Source: the human T2T-CHM13v2.0 reference genome, Homo sapiens
Assembly: GCF_009914755.1 (NCBI RefSeq)
Contig: NC_060926.1
Length of the DNA: 64,000 nt
Reading direction: 5' to 3' (one strand)
Every line of letters begins with the position of its first letter. Position 1 is the first letter of the stretch. Made by a program: the position numbers and the translations under genes. This document shows positions 41,301-52,401 of the stretch, one piece after another. The notes below the pieces were generated by a model. That model searched no databases. It saw only the letters and a program-made list of their open reading frames with translations, and had not been told where the DNA came from.

Positions 41301-43037
41301 GAAGTGGCAACAGTGGGATCAACACAAGTGGTGATGGTTGTTGTGAGGCATGGTTCATGTCATTTTACTCATTCATAGCCCTGTTCAGGCTATGATGGCT
41401 ACTTCATTACAGACTCTATTATGCAAATATTGTGGAAGTTAAGAGAAAAGACTGAGTTCCGTTAATCTGCTTACAAGTGGATGAGCCTTCCAGTATGATT
41501 GGTTGTTTGGTGTCTTACTGTGGAAGATATTCTCTGCTTTTTGCAGAGATAAATAAAATTTTGCACATGTAATTTCTTATTCATATGAGTGCATCCACAT
41601 ACCTCTCCTCTAGAGCTTCTTCTCTGTGATCTTCCAATTTTCTTTATCAAAGACTATGGCCAACCAGCTATCACTAATTCATGCATATACTTGACTCAGT
41701 ACATGTCTCTCTCCACACTAAGTTGAACACTACATGCTGTCCTCAAATATCTGCTAACTCAAGGTAACACCTCACAGCCACCCATGATTGTGGCCAAAAT
41801 GTGGGAGCAGCCTACTTTTACTTGCACAAATATATGATGCTAACCCATTCAAAAAGCCTAGATTTTCTTAGTGTTGTTTTGGTTTTCTTCTTTTATTTGT
41901 TTGCATTTTTTGTTTCCCCCCTTGCTATTAGCTGATTGAGAAAACTCATGAGGTCACTGGAGTGAGCTGATGCAAAGGTGTTAGAGTAAGAGAGAAAAAT
42001 GGTAGGAGGAACAGGAACACCTGTTCATGTAAATGAAGCACAGCCTCTGAACCTGCTTGAACCAAACCCCAAAAGTACCTAATATTCATCCTAATATTGA
42101 ATGGTGCTGAGCCTCACCTGACCCTAAAAATTGGTGAGACTGGCCTCCTCCACTTATGAGGGGCAGTTCAGTCACATACTTTTTAAATGCCTCATGGGAC
42201 TACCTACCATTATGTAGTGATATTCTGCATTTTGAACAAGAAATTTTTTATTTGTTATCTGGTCATTGCTTGGTCTTCTCTAAAATCCCAGGGATTTATG
42301 CCGTGAGTTTTATTGGAGTTTGCAAGAGAGTTCATGAAGTATTCCCATCTAATGCAGATGCATCTAGCACCGAACAATGTTCTGGATCACATGGCTCAAG
42401 TGACAGAGCTACTTGTGTCAAAGCCCAAAACCTTCCTCAAAATCTTCTCTTTTTCTGAGCCCACTCCAAAAAGCAGCCTTCCAAGTTAGCTTATAAGTGC
42501 GGTGGTGGAGTAGACCCAAGTGTGGGATTTGTTATGTCAATACTCTAAGCAGGCCTTGCCAACACTGTGCTGCATTCTCAGTGATTGGAGCTGCAAAGTA
42601 CAATTATTTGTCCTTACCTTGAAGGGGATGAGCCAACGCTACTCATGTTCCTTCACTAAATCCCTGATACCTTCTCCAATGTGACAGGTCCTTAACTTTT
42701 GTAGGGTTGAATCCCACACTCTGGTCTTCATGTGCTTTCACTGAAAATCCAGAGTCCTTATTATTTTCTGCTTATCCTATCTAGTTACCACGATGACATC
42801 AATATCGTGTTGTATGGAGTGATGCTTTGTGAAGCGTCCACAGGATCAAAGTTTCTTCAGCCTCATTGTGAATGTGTTGTCAGGAAAGTTAAGATAGCCC
42901 TGTGCCGAGACTGAGGATGTGAGCTGCTGTTCACCCCAGATGACTGCAGAGCCTCCCAGAGACTGCGATGGACTCTTCCTTCACTCTGAGGCTGGGCCCT
43001 GGGTCTGGTCAAGCCCTGCCGGGGCCTCAGCGGCGCT

Positions 43038-43206
43038 CATCTGCAGGTGCCAGCAGAGGGCGCCTCTCACATTCCCCGAAGGGGCGGGGAGGGCGCTCTC
43101 CTGACAACAGTGATGTCTGTGTATTTAAAACAACAGGACATTCCCGTAATTTGCATGTAACCTTCCTCCCACATCTGAAGTGGTCCTGCCTCTCAGTATC
43201 TTATAA
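43038..43206 (+). promoter_or_regulatory. IGKV6D-41 promoter: E-boxes, CTCF-like motif, GC box, octamer, TATA
   Basis: CATCTG/CAGGTG 43038-43049; CCAGCAGAGGGCGC 43050-43063; GGGGCGGGG 43081-43089; ATTTGCAT 43149-43156; TATAA 43202-43206. Confidence 0.82.
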
Positions 43207-43259
43207 GAGGCTTTTTCTCCTAGATGTGTCTTCAGCAAAACTGAAGTCAAAACACTGAG

Positions 43260-43812
43260 ATGGTGTCCCCGTTGCAATTCCTGCGGCTTCTGCTCCTCTG
43301 GGTTCCAGGTGAGAATATTTAGAAAAAGCTAAAACTAATTCTTTGAACCATTAATTTTCTTAATTAGGAACCTGGCACCATATGGAACTTGGCTTGTTTT
43401 TAAATGTGATTTTTTTTTAAGTAATGCGTATTCTTTCATCTTGTGCTACTAGATTAGTGGTGATTTCATTAAGCAGATGCTTATATTGTGCTAATGTTTG
43501 CTGTATGGTTTCAGCCTCCAGGGGTGATGTTGTGATGACACAGTCTCCAGCTTTCCTCTCTGTGACTCCAGGGGAGAAAGTCACCATCACCTGCCAGGCC
43601 AGTGAAGGCATTGGCAACTACTTATACTGGTACCAGCAGAAACCAGATCAAGCCCCAAAGCTCCTCATCAAGTATGCTTCCCAGTCCATCTCAGGGGTCC
43701 CCTCGAGGTTCAGTGGCAGTGGATCTGGGACAGATTTCACCTTTACCATCAGTAGCCTGGAAGCTGAAGATGCTGCAACATATTACTGTCAGCAGGGCAA
43801 TAAGCACCCTCA
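43260..43812 (+). CDS. IGKV6D-41: Ig kappa variable 6D-41 (leader 43260-43308, intron 43309-43514, exon 2 from 43515); open frame, non-canonical RSS
   Basis: [20 protein letters not shown] + [62 protein letters not shown]...[10 protein letters not shown]. Confidence 0.94.
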
Positions 43813-43840
43813 CACTGTGCTACAACCCAAAACAAAAATT
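43813..43840 (+). other. Non-canonical 12-RSS of IGKV6D-41
   Basis: CACTGTG-ctacaacccaaa-ACAAAAATT. Confidence 0.92.
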
Positions 43841-46189
43841 AGCTCAGCCTGGCGGAACAGAGAAACTGAACAATACCCCGTTTTTATGATCCTTGCAGGT
43901 GCAGTTGGGGAAATAATTTACCAAATACCATCACATATGGCCCATTCAGCAGAGCTGACACCCAAGAGTCAGTGCCTCACACTTTCATCTTTACCCACAG
44001 TAACTTTCAAACTAGGAGAAGAGTTGTTGAAGATTACTTCTCCTGTTTCTTTCCATAGGTGTACAGAAACTGTCCTTTACAAGTTGGTAAAAACTGTGGA
44101 TTATTCTTCAGGGCTACAGTAATTCATTTATGACAAAATCACTTTAAAGGGTAAAGATTAGGAAACAATCAGGTGATGGCCTGGAGCTCTTTTGACAGAA
44201 GAGCCATGGACTCAGGTTTCAGTCATTGTGGGTTCAAAGGAATGAGACATTGTTCCTATTTCCAAAGCGGCTCTGTGAAGTCTGACATTTGTTAAATCAG
44301 ATTAACATTTAAGGTTCACTTTCACTGAATATTTGGGTTTTGAAACATGAAACTGGTCCATCAAGAACAGGGTTATAAATATCTAGCTATAGCTTTGGAA
44401 ATGGGGACTATCCCAGAAACAATATTTACCTGGAATAAAAAAGGAATCAGCGTCTTTTGTTGCCAGTCTTAGAAGCAGGACAGGGCTACAAGCCAAAGAA
44501 GGTTGAAATCAGCAACTCTTAATTCCTCCATAAGAACTGCTTCACCAAAATCTGAGTGTACCAAAGCAAAAACTACAAAGAGAAAGTAGCTTCAGGAACT
44601 CAAGTAAGATGTAAAAACAAAATGGACATTTGATTTTATATCTTGTTTGACATATGAAACACAGGGAGATCACCCATGATCCTTGGAATTTTCTTTTCTG
44701 CACATCAAAAGCATTGTCTGTCTCCTGTTTTTCCACCTCTATTATCCAAATTGTGTTTGAAAAAATGTATTTTTTAAATTTTCATTATTCTTGATTAAAA
44801 GACCAGTATCTTATTGCTAACATCTTTTAATACCAAGAGAAACTAAATTCATTTTTTTGACTTTGTTTCCTGTGTATTTATTCATTTATTTAAAAATAAC
44901 TTTGGAATACAATGCAGTCGTTGAGAATTCAGACTTAGTGACATTTTTGTTAAAGATTTTCGTCGTATTTGGTCACATAAAGTTACATCAATTTTCTATC
45001 AAACTTTTTTAATAACACAGATATTTTATTCCAAAGAAGTGAAAAAATGCATTGTAAGAAATGATGTGTTTCAGACACTGCCACCAACTTTCTCCACAAG
45101 ATGTTCCAAGTTGAAGAACATCCTCTGGAAAAAAACTTAAATTTTGTGCCGTGGTTGGTTAAAACCAAGGTCAAGAAAGGCTGAGGAAGAGACAACATTC
45201 TGTAAGATTCTTTAGTTTTTATGTGTGTGGGCTGTTTGTATGTGTTCTGAAGCATGTTGCATTCAACCTGTATTCCACTTATTCTATGTATATGCAGAAA
45301 CCTTAAGGAAAATAAAGTTGTAATTAGAAATATCTGGTCCTGGTATTGGACACCTGCCTGAGGTCACTTATTAGACCCTCCCCATGCTTCAAAGAACTGA
45401 CTCCCCCACCCTCTCTATCAGGCCCCATCCTCCGTGAGGACCTTTCTTCCTTCTGTGTTGTGTACAGTTCATCATACTGGACATTTTACAAGCAAAGCAG
45501 ATTTTCAAAATGATGCTTGTTACTCCTATAAATGTGTTTTTATAGATTTGTGTCCAATCAATCTTTTCCAACTGTAAAAGTAGCTAAGTCTCTCTAGTTG
45601 AGGGGAATGTATCACATATTTTTCCAATAAGAAAGACAGACATATTTTTGAATTTAATGAATTTTCACTTAATATCATATTTTTCAGGAACAAGTAAATG
45701 CCATCATTTGAGGGTAAGATGCATGTGAATAATTAAGACAAATTTTGATCCCAAGCACTGATATTCAGTAGGGGAATGAGCCATGCACAGAACAATAACC
45801 ACATAATGAAACTGAATAGAATACTTTCAGTAGTTGACAAACTACATAAAAGTCAGGTAATGATATGTGGTATCTGGAGTCTGAGGCCATTTATTTGTGC
45901 TGATCGGGGAAGGTCTCAGGGTCATACTGAAGATGTATCTGAGTGATGAGAAGACAATGAAGTGACCGTGGTGAACGGATCACCATTAGGAGGGCAGGGA
46001 CCGGGGGATTTCAGATAAACAACTGTGTATTGAAAAAAGTATGTTTTTAAACCTTTGTAATAGCCAATCAATCCTATAATAATCCAATGCCTTCTGTGAT
46101 TTTATTCCCTTAAGAATAAAATTTATCCTAATATCTTTCACCAAATACCTTGGCCTGGATCATACCCATGACACAGAATGTTCTCTTGC

Positions 46190-47062
46190 TCAGAAGCTGG
46201 AAGCCCAGATCTCTCCTTTGTTGCTAGTTTGCAGGCTTCCTAAAGCCCCTCCCTGCCACTCAAGCCCTTATTGGTGTGTTGGTCGCTGCCTTTGGGGTGG
46301 GACCATCTGAGGCAGGGGGAGCACTGGACACTGGACATAGCACTCTGGCCCTTAGTGTCCTGGTGCCCTGACCTCAGCTGTGGGGGCTCCATGTGACAGG
46401 GCTCAAATGTCCCATGGGACTGAGATTGAGTCCATTGCTCAGGGAGCCCAGCATTCACCTCCTGCATTCACCTACTGCTTGGTCAGCCAGCAGGACTCTG
46501 CTGGGAAGCCCACAGAGTGAGACATCATTAATACTGGGGAAGATTTGTGTTTTGTTTCCACCTCAGATTCTAGTGGCAACACTGTAGACCCCAGTCTCCA
46601 GTCTCTCCCTCAGTGTCTCCAAGAGGAAGAGTTTCTACCACCTGCCTAGAAGCAGTAGAATCCAGAAAAGATTCCAAAGATCCACCCACGTGGTCTACTT
46701 TGACCAACATACAGCCCCAGCTTGGTGCAATGGTCCTGGAAAAGACCCTCGCTTGTTAATTAGCAACTTAGTTGTCCTGATGACATTGTTGGTTATTATT
46801 GTCTAAAACTGTGCTGTCTCACGTGGTTAACACTAGCAATGCATAGCTGCAAATATGTAAATCAGACTTAATTAAAGTTAAAAATGTAGATTCTTAGTTA
46901 TACATGCTGTATTTCAAGGGCTCAGTAACCACATATGATTAATGGCTACCCTTGCAGAGCATAAATACAGACATTTTCATCATCTTAGAAAAATTGTTTT
47001 GGCTGGTGCTGACCTCAATGATGACATGTGGTCACTCAGTGTTACTGCTTAGAGCACAGGCC
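46190..47062 (+). pseudogene. Decayed Vkappa relic (promoter remnant, acceptor, FR1, CDR1 deleted, MER3 in CDR3, degenerate RSS)
   Basis: gaagctggaagcccag is shared with the 3D-20 promoter. Acceptor tttgtttccacctcAG ends 46566. PQSPVSPSVSPRGRVSTTC (TGC 46643-46645), Q*NPEKIPKI, TAT TAT TGT 46794-46802, then CTCAGTG-12bp-GCACAGGCC at 47035-47062. Confidence 0.78.
46809..47011. mobile_element. MER3-like hAT-Charlie DNA transposon (paralog of 158-359)
   Basis: ctgtgctgtc...atttcaagggctcagtaaccacatatgattaatggctacc...ggtgctg, inserted after gtctaaaa. Confidence 0.75.
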
Positions 47063-47784
47063 TCAGCAGCTTTCATTCAGAGGGCAGTGTGGCCTGGATC
47101 CTTCTTGACTGGAGCTGCTGCTGTGGTCCTCAGAGCTTCTCTGGAAGGCTTTCTTGGATGGGAGGAATGAGACTGGGATGACAGTTCCAGAACAGGGCCC
47201 TGTGCTTCCCATCCCCACCCCTGCCATTATGTCCTGCAGGATTCCTCGTGGCCCATCATCTCTTTTCCAAAACTTTGGCATCTCACATGGGTCACAGAAT
47301 CTAGCCCACAATATTTTTTTGACAAATAACTTTTCTGACTATCTTTTGGCCTCAACTATGCAGCTAGTTTGTTGAGAAGAGAAATTGTTTTGTGAATCTG
47401 GCCTAGTGATGGATGAATCTGGCCTGAGATCCCCTTCATTAATACCCGTGAAAAGACTCACGGTCAAGACTCACCGGGACTCAGCATCTACAATCCTATA
47501 TAAGAGGCTAAGCTACAATCTTAAGACTAGGTGGTAGACAAACCCCATAATAACCCTAAGATATAACCCTGATCAGAGAAATACTTGGAGAGGTTAAGAG
47601 TGATAGTGTCCTATTATCAACAGGTAGCCCCTAAGGCTGGAATGTGGTCTCTGTGGTACCTAGAGTACCTGGGAGGAGCTGCCAGCATCCTGCACTGTGG
47701 GAACCACCTCTGTGCTCTGTGCTCTGAGACTAGAAGCCCAGCCTTGCCTTCACTGCTGCCTTGGCTGTGTCCCCAAAGCCCATC

Positions 47785-48180
47785 TGCTATGGACTGAATT
47801 GTGCTTCAGAAACTCTTCTCTTGAATCTCTAACCTCTAATATAGCTACATTTGAAGATAAAGCATATAAGGTGGTAATTAGAGTTAAAGGAGATAATAAG
47901 GATGGGGCCCTGATTCAATAAGACTAGTGTCTTTATAAAAAGAGACCCCACTGAGCTCTCCTCCACCCCCTCCCTCCATGCATGCAGTGAGGAAAGGCCA
48001 TGTGAGGACATGGACAGAAGGTGGCATCTGAAAATCAGAGGGAGGGTCCTCAGCAGAAAGCAGACCTTTCTGGACCTTGATCTTGGACTTTCCAGCCTTC
48101 CAAACTGTTAGAAGTAAATTTCTTTCCTTTAAGCCATCCTGCCCAGGGAATTTTGATGTGGCAGTCCCAGCAGACAATCT
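47785..48180 (+). mobile_element. MLT1A/B-type MaLR LTR
   Basis: tgctatggactgaattgtg...ggggccctgattcaataagactagtgtctttataaaaagaga...cttgatcttggactttccagccttccaaactg. Confidence 0.85.
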
Positions 48181-48226
48181 ACCGTCCCCACCTTCTCTGA
48201 GCAGAATCAGCCTCAGGAGGCACCTT

Positions 48227-48751
48227 GTGGACTTTGGGACCCAGCTTTTCTTCTCTTCCTCCTTCTGTTCTGACTGCCTGGTGAGGAAGGGGAACTGAGG
48301 CTTCATCCTCAGATAGTTTGTATCAAACATGAACATTTCTTTGATGATGAAGTTGTTAGCCCACTTTTTTTCTGATCAGAATTGCATCAAATTGAACAAA
48401 CTACTTGCTTCGTATTAATATTGGGAGATTTGCATGTTTGTTCCGCACTTGGATAATAGTCAGCATGTTGTGCGGATGCCATCTCCAGCCCCCTCCCTGT
48501 GTCCCAAGTGAGAGGGTCACTGTCACCTGCAGGGCCTGCTGGAGTATGAAAAACATCCTAGTCTGGCACCAGCGGAAACCAGATCTGGCTCTGAGCTCCT
48601 GCTCCTGCTTGATCCTGCTGCCCCACTGGACATGATCCCTGCCTGGGTCAGGGGCGGTGGGCCTGAACATATTTCACTCTGGCCATCACCAACCAAGATG
48701 CCTTCAGAGGTAGGTGCTCCCTCCTCCTGTTTCCTATCATGCACAAATCTT
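48227..48751 (+). pseudogene. Decayed Vkappa relic (leader with stop, FR1-FR3, CDR3 and heptamer lost)
   Basis: Leader-like LLFLLLF*LP-G|GTGAGG (donor 48281). PSERVTVTCRACWSMKNILVWHQRKPD with Cys 48528 and Trp 48564 exactly 12 codons apart; IPAWVRGGG; atttcactctggccatcacc; nonamer-like ACAAATCTT 48743-48751. Confidence 0.8.
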
Positions 48752-51504
48752 CCCTAGCAACAGCTCTGCCCAGGGGCTGCTAAGGGTCTGAAGTCTTCTC
48801 AGGGCAACAGGCTGAGGGACACCTCTGAATTCACTTTGTCTCAAACTCCCTTCCCACCTCCTCTATGGTCACCTCCAGTGTATCTTGTGGGCATCACTGC
48901 ACGGAGCATGTCAGGATGTTTTCTCCCACCTCCTTCTCTGAATTCATGATGCAAATTCATCCTCACTTCAGACATGGGCTGGCCGCGCCTTGTTTCTCTT
49001 ATATACATGGCCCAGCACATTGCTGAACCCATAGTTCTGACCCCACTCCATGAATCTTTGTGGAAGGGTCATGGTTGGCAAGTCGTGGTTACTGGAGACC
49101 AGAAAGTAAAATGTCAAATACTGAGAAGCTTGTGCATGGAGCAGACATAGGCCATTGTCAACAGAGTCCCAGCAGCTGGTGAGTCATGAAACCTGGGCAG
49201 TGAGATCCCACATCACCCCAGTCAGAGGGGAAGCTGGGAATGAGCCATGGCGGGTCTTCATCCTGTGACTATGCAGCCTCTGAGCCACATGTGCTGCTTT
49301 GTTTGATGGAAATGACCAGAAGAGGACTTGTCTATGCTGAGCTCTGGTGACAAAACTTCCCTCCATTCAGGGCCCAGAGCCACTATCCATCTCCTGGGCA
49401 TCTGCTGCTCTGTGATTCTGCACACCCACCTCAGGTCACTTATTATCCTCAGCAATGGGCAGCTCTCTGCTCTCAGCCCAGGGGAACGTGGAAGAGGGTC
49501 CTGAGCTTTATGACCCTCAGGTCCTGTAGTGAGAAAGGGGCCATGTGGTGGTACACCCAGTGCTCATTTTCAATGTTCATGTTCAACTTATTAAAGTTTA
49601 AAACTATACCTTATACTAGCAATCAAAGTTCTCTTTATATATAAACGTGCATCGCATATTTTTTCATAAACAGATACATAGTATATACAAATATATAAAT
49701 ACAACTTACTTCTAAAGTATTATATGTATTCAATATGTAAAGTTTATATTAGAAATTCATATTACATATACACATAATTTTACATTTATTTTTGTAGCGT
49801 GTGTTCCTTTTATTTCCAAGCAGAACAGAGTCTGGCTGAGTAAAGACTTTGAGTACATTTGCAGACTCTCCCTCTTTGGCTCCAACAAGGTCCCAGTCAT
49901 TCAGTACCAGGGAGGGCACAGCTGACAGCACCCATCCCAGGAACCCAGAGCTAGTCCCGAGGTCTGGGTCTTGAGACTTTTACTCTTGCCAGGCTGCAGG
50001 ATATATGCTTAATGCAGCTCTCGTGAATTTGTGAGCAGTTTCCTTCCCTTAAGCCCCTGCCAGGCAGCCCTGTGGCCAGGGCCTGTGGTTCCTCCCAGGT
50101 CCTCAGCTCTGTGGCTCAGGAGAGCAGCTGCTTCCTCCACAGCTTAGGGTCAGCATCGGGCAGCTCTCAGGCACTGCCAGCCTGACTGTAGCCCTGGGTT
50201 AAGGACCCTATTCCAAATGTCTCCTCATTTATTGTAGTACTGGAAAGTCTGTCTTGTTCTTAAACTCAAAGTCCACATTTCCATAATTGCTAAAGCTGGC
50301 ATTTGCCATCTGGAAAAGTAGAAATGTGAATTCATTGTCATTCTCAGAGCCTGGCCTCTTCCAAGCCCACCAGGTAAAGTTGCCCATATGTTCTCTTCTC
50401 TCCACACAACTTTACTTAGAGTTATAGCGAAATGTAATGTGTGGCAAAGCTCTTATTGCCTGCACAGAAACCATCTTCTTCTCCTTTGGTGCCTAGGACA
50501 CCAGCTCTATCCTGCTGGACATGGTGAGGACAGTGAGCCTCTCCCAGCCCGGGACAGGAGCAGGGATTAAGGATACATGTGATTAGCTCCACAATGCAAT
50601 GTCAGGGGAGTGAAGGAGGGGCAGGGACTCTGGGAAGAATTTGATCCTTCATAAGAAGATGGAAGGTGAAGAGCTTTGCTTCACCTTTGATAATCAATGA
50701 CTTTATTTTAGATTTTGGAGCTGGGACACATGTTTCATTGCCCTGAATCCTTCCACATCTCCTCTTTCTCTTACAATATCTCTGACTCAGTTTGTCTTTC
50801 TCAGATTGTGTGCTGAAAATCAATTTTCCCTCCTAACATGAAAACAAACTAACAGAAGTCTCTTCCTCCTATCATGTGCTGTGAGATCTGACCGCTAAAC
50901 TCTGTGATACCCAGATCGTATAAGAGATAGTCATGGGATTTTACCCAAGAGATTTTCTAGCTAAAAAGAATTCTTGTCCTAGCTCTTCTCTCAGAAACAT
51001 TTTCTCTGTCTCTTGTCAAAACTGACACCAGAAAACAAGGTGGAAATATTTCCAAGAACAGAGGACAGTCATGCACTCAGTGAGCTGAAAGACATCTCTT
51101 CCCCTTGCATTAGTTTCCAACGCTGCTGTTTAAATCACCACAGTCTTATTGGCTTCACACAACATAAATGTATTACCCTGTAATTCTGGAGGTCAGAAGT
51201 CTCACTGAGCTAATGCTAAGGTGTCAGTAGGGCTGCATTCCTTCTGGAGGATCCAGAGGAGAGAACTGGATTCTCTGCTTTTTACGTTCCAGGTGCTCCC
51301 ATAGTTCTGGTTCCATGGCCCCTTCCTTCCTCAAACCACATCCCTCCCTATTGTCTCAGCTCCTCTCTGACTGTGAGCCTCCTCCTCTATTTTAAGGACT
51401 TTGTGATTATATTGGTTTCATTTCGATAACCAGGTTTCTTATTCTCAAAGTCCTTAACTTACATCTGTCAAGTTCTCTTTTTGCTATGTAAGGTAGAATT
51501 TTTA

Positions 51505-52128
51505 TGATATGGCTCCAGTGACTGGAGGAACACCAGAGTTCTTGATCTCACGCCAGTTTGGATAAAACGACACAGACACATGTGGAGTGTTTTAAGGAGA
51601 GAAAGGTTTAATATGCAAGAAGGAAGGAAGAAGAAAACACCTCCCCCATACAGAGACAGGGGAAGGTGTGATTCAAAGAGAAAACTCTCTGTGCAGCAGA
51701 AAAGAGACTCCTATATGAGGAGGCTGGAGGAAGTGGTGTCTGATTTGCATAGGGCTCTCAGGATTGGTTTGACCAGGCATGTCATTCATGTAGCCTACAA
51801 TATAACTGGCCTTCCCACCATAGCCTTTTAATATACAAATGCAGGGTGCCAAAATATTCTATACACATGGGGATATATGGGGGCAGCCATGTGGCCAGGC
51901 ATATGTGGGAGCCAGGAGGAAGATGGTGGGAGTCGCCATGTTTGGCTGGACTCAGTTTCTAATGGCCAGAATTTGCATATCAAAGCTTGCCAGCCTGGCT
52001 CTAAGAATCAGGGCTTTCCTGCTAGGCAAGAAACTTTTCTGGAGCTACTTTAAAAGAAACAAAACCTTCCCAAGGACACCTTTTCCTCTCTATCTGCCTA
52101 AAATAATTTCTTAATAACTCCTATATCA
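51505..52128 (-). mobile_element. MER61-like ERV1 solo LTR, inserted in MLT1
   Basis: Minus strand starts tgatataggagttattaagaaattattttaggcagatagagagg. TG...CA ends; absent from paralog copy A. Confidence 0.7.
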
Positions 52129-52401
52129 ATTGGGTTCCAGAGACGAGGACATGGGCATCTTTCGGGGTGGGGACATTATTCATTCCACCAACAATAAACA
52201 TATTCCCCAAAATTGTCCTTCTCTAAAGTAAAATTTTAAAAATCGCAAAGTATTTTTATGAAACAGAGCTGGACAAAATCTTAGACTCAGGTTCCTTTAA
52301 ATTGTGAGCTTTAACTGTTAAGGTATGATCACTCCACTGACTCTAATGTAGATTTATTGCTGTGTAGATTGTTTTAGAGGATTTTTAAGTTTGTGATCCA
52401 G

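Noticed and set aside
43424-43514. Intronic ATG giving the 232-aa ORF (likewise 12705 and 56534)
   Set aside because: These starts are inside normal GT-AG leader introns; the true starts are the upstream leader ATGs.
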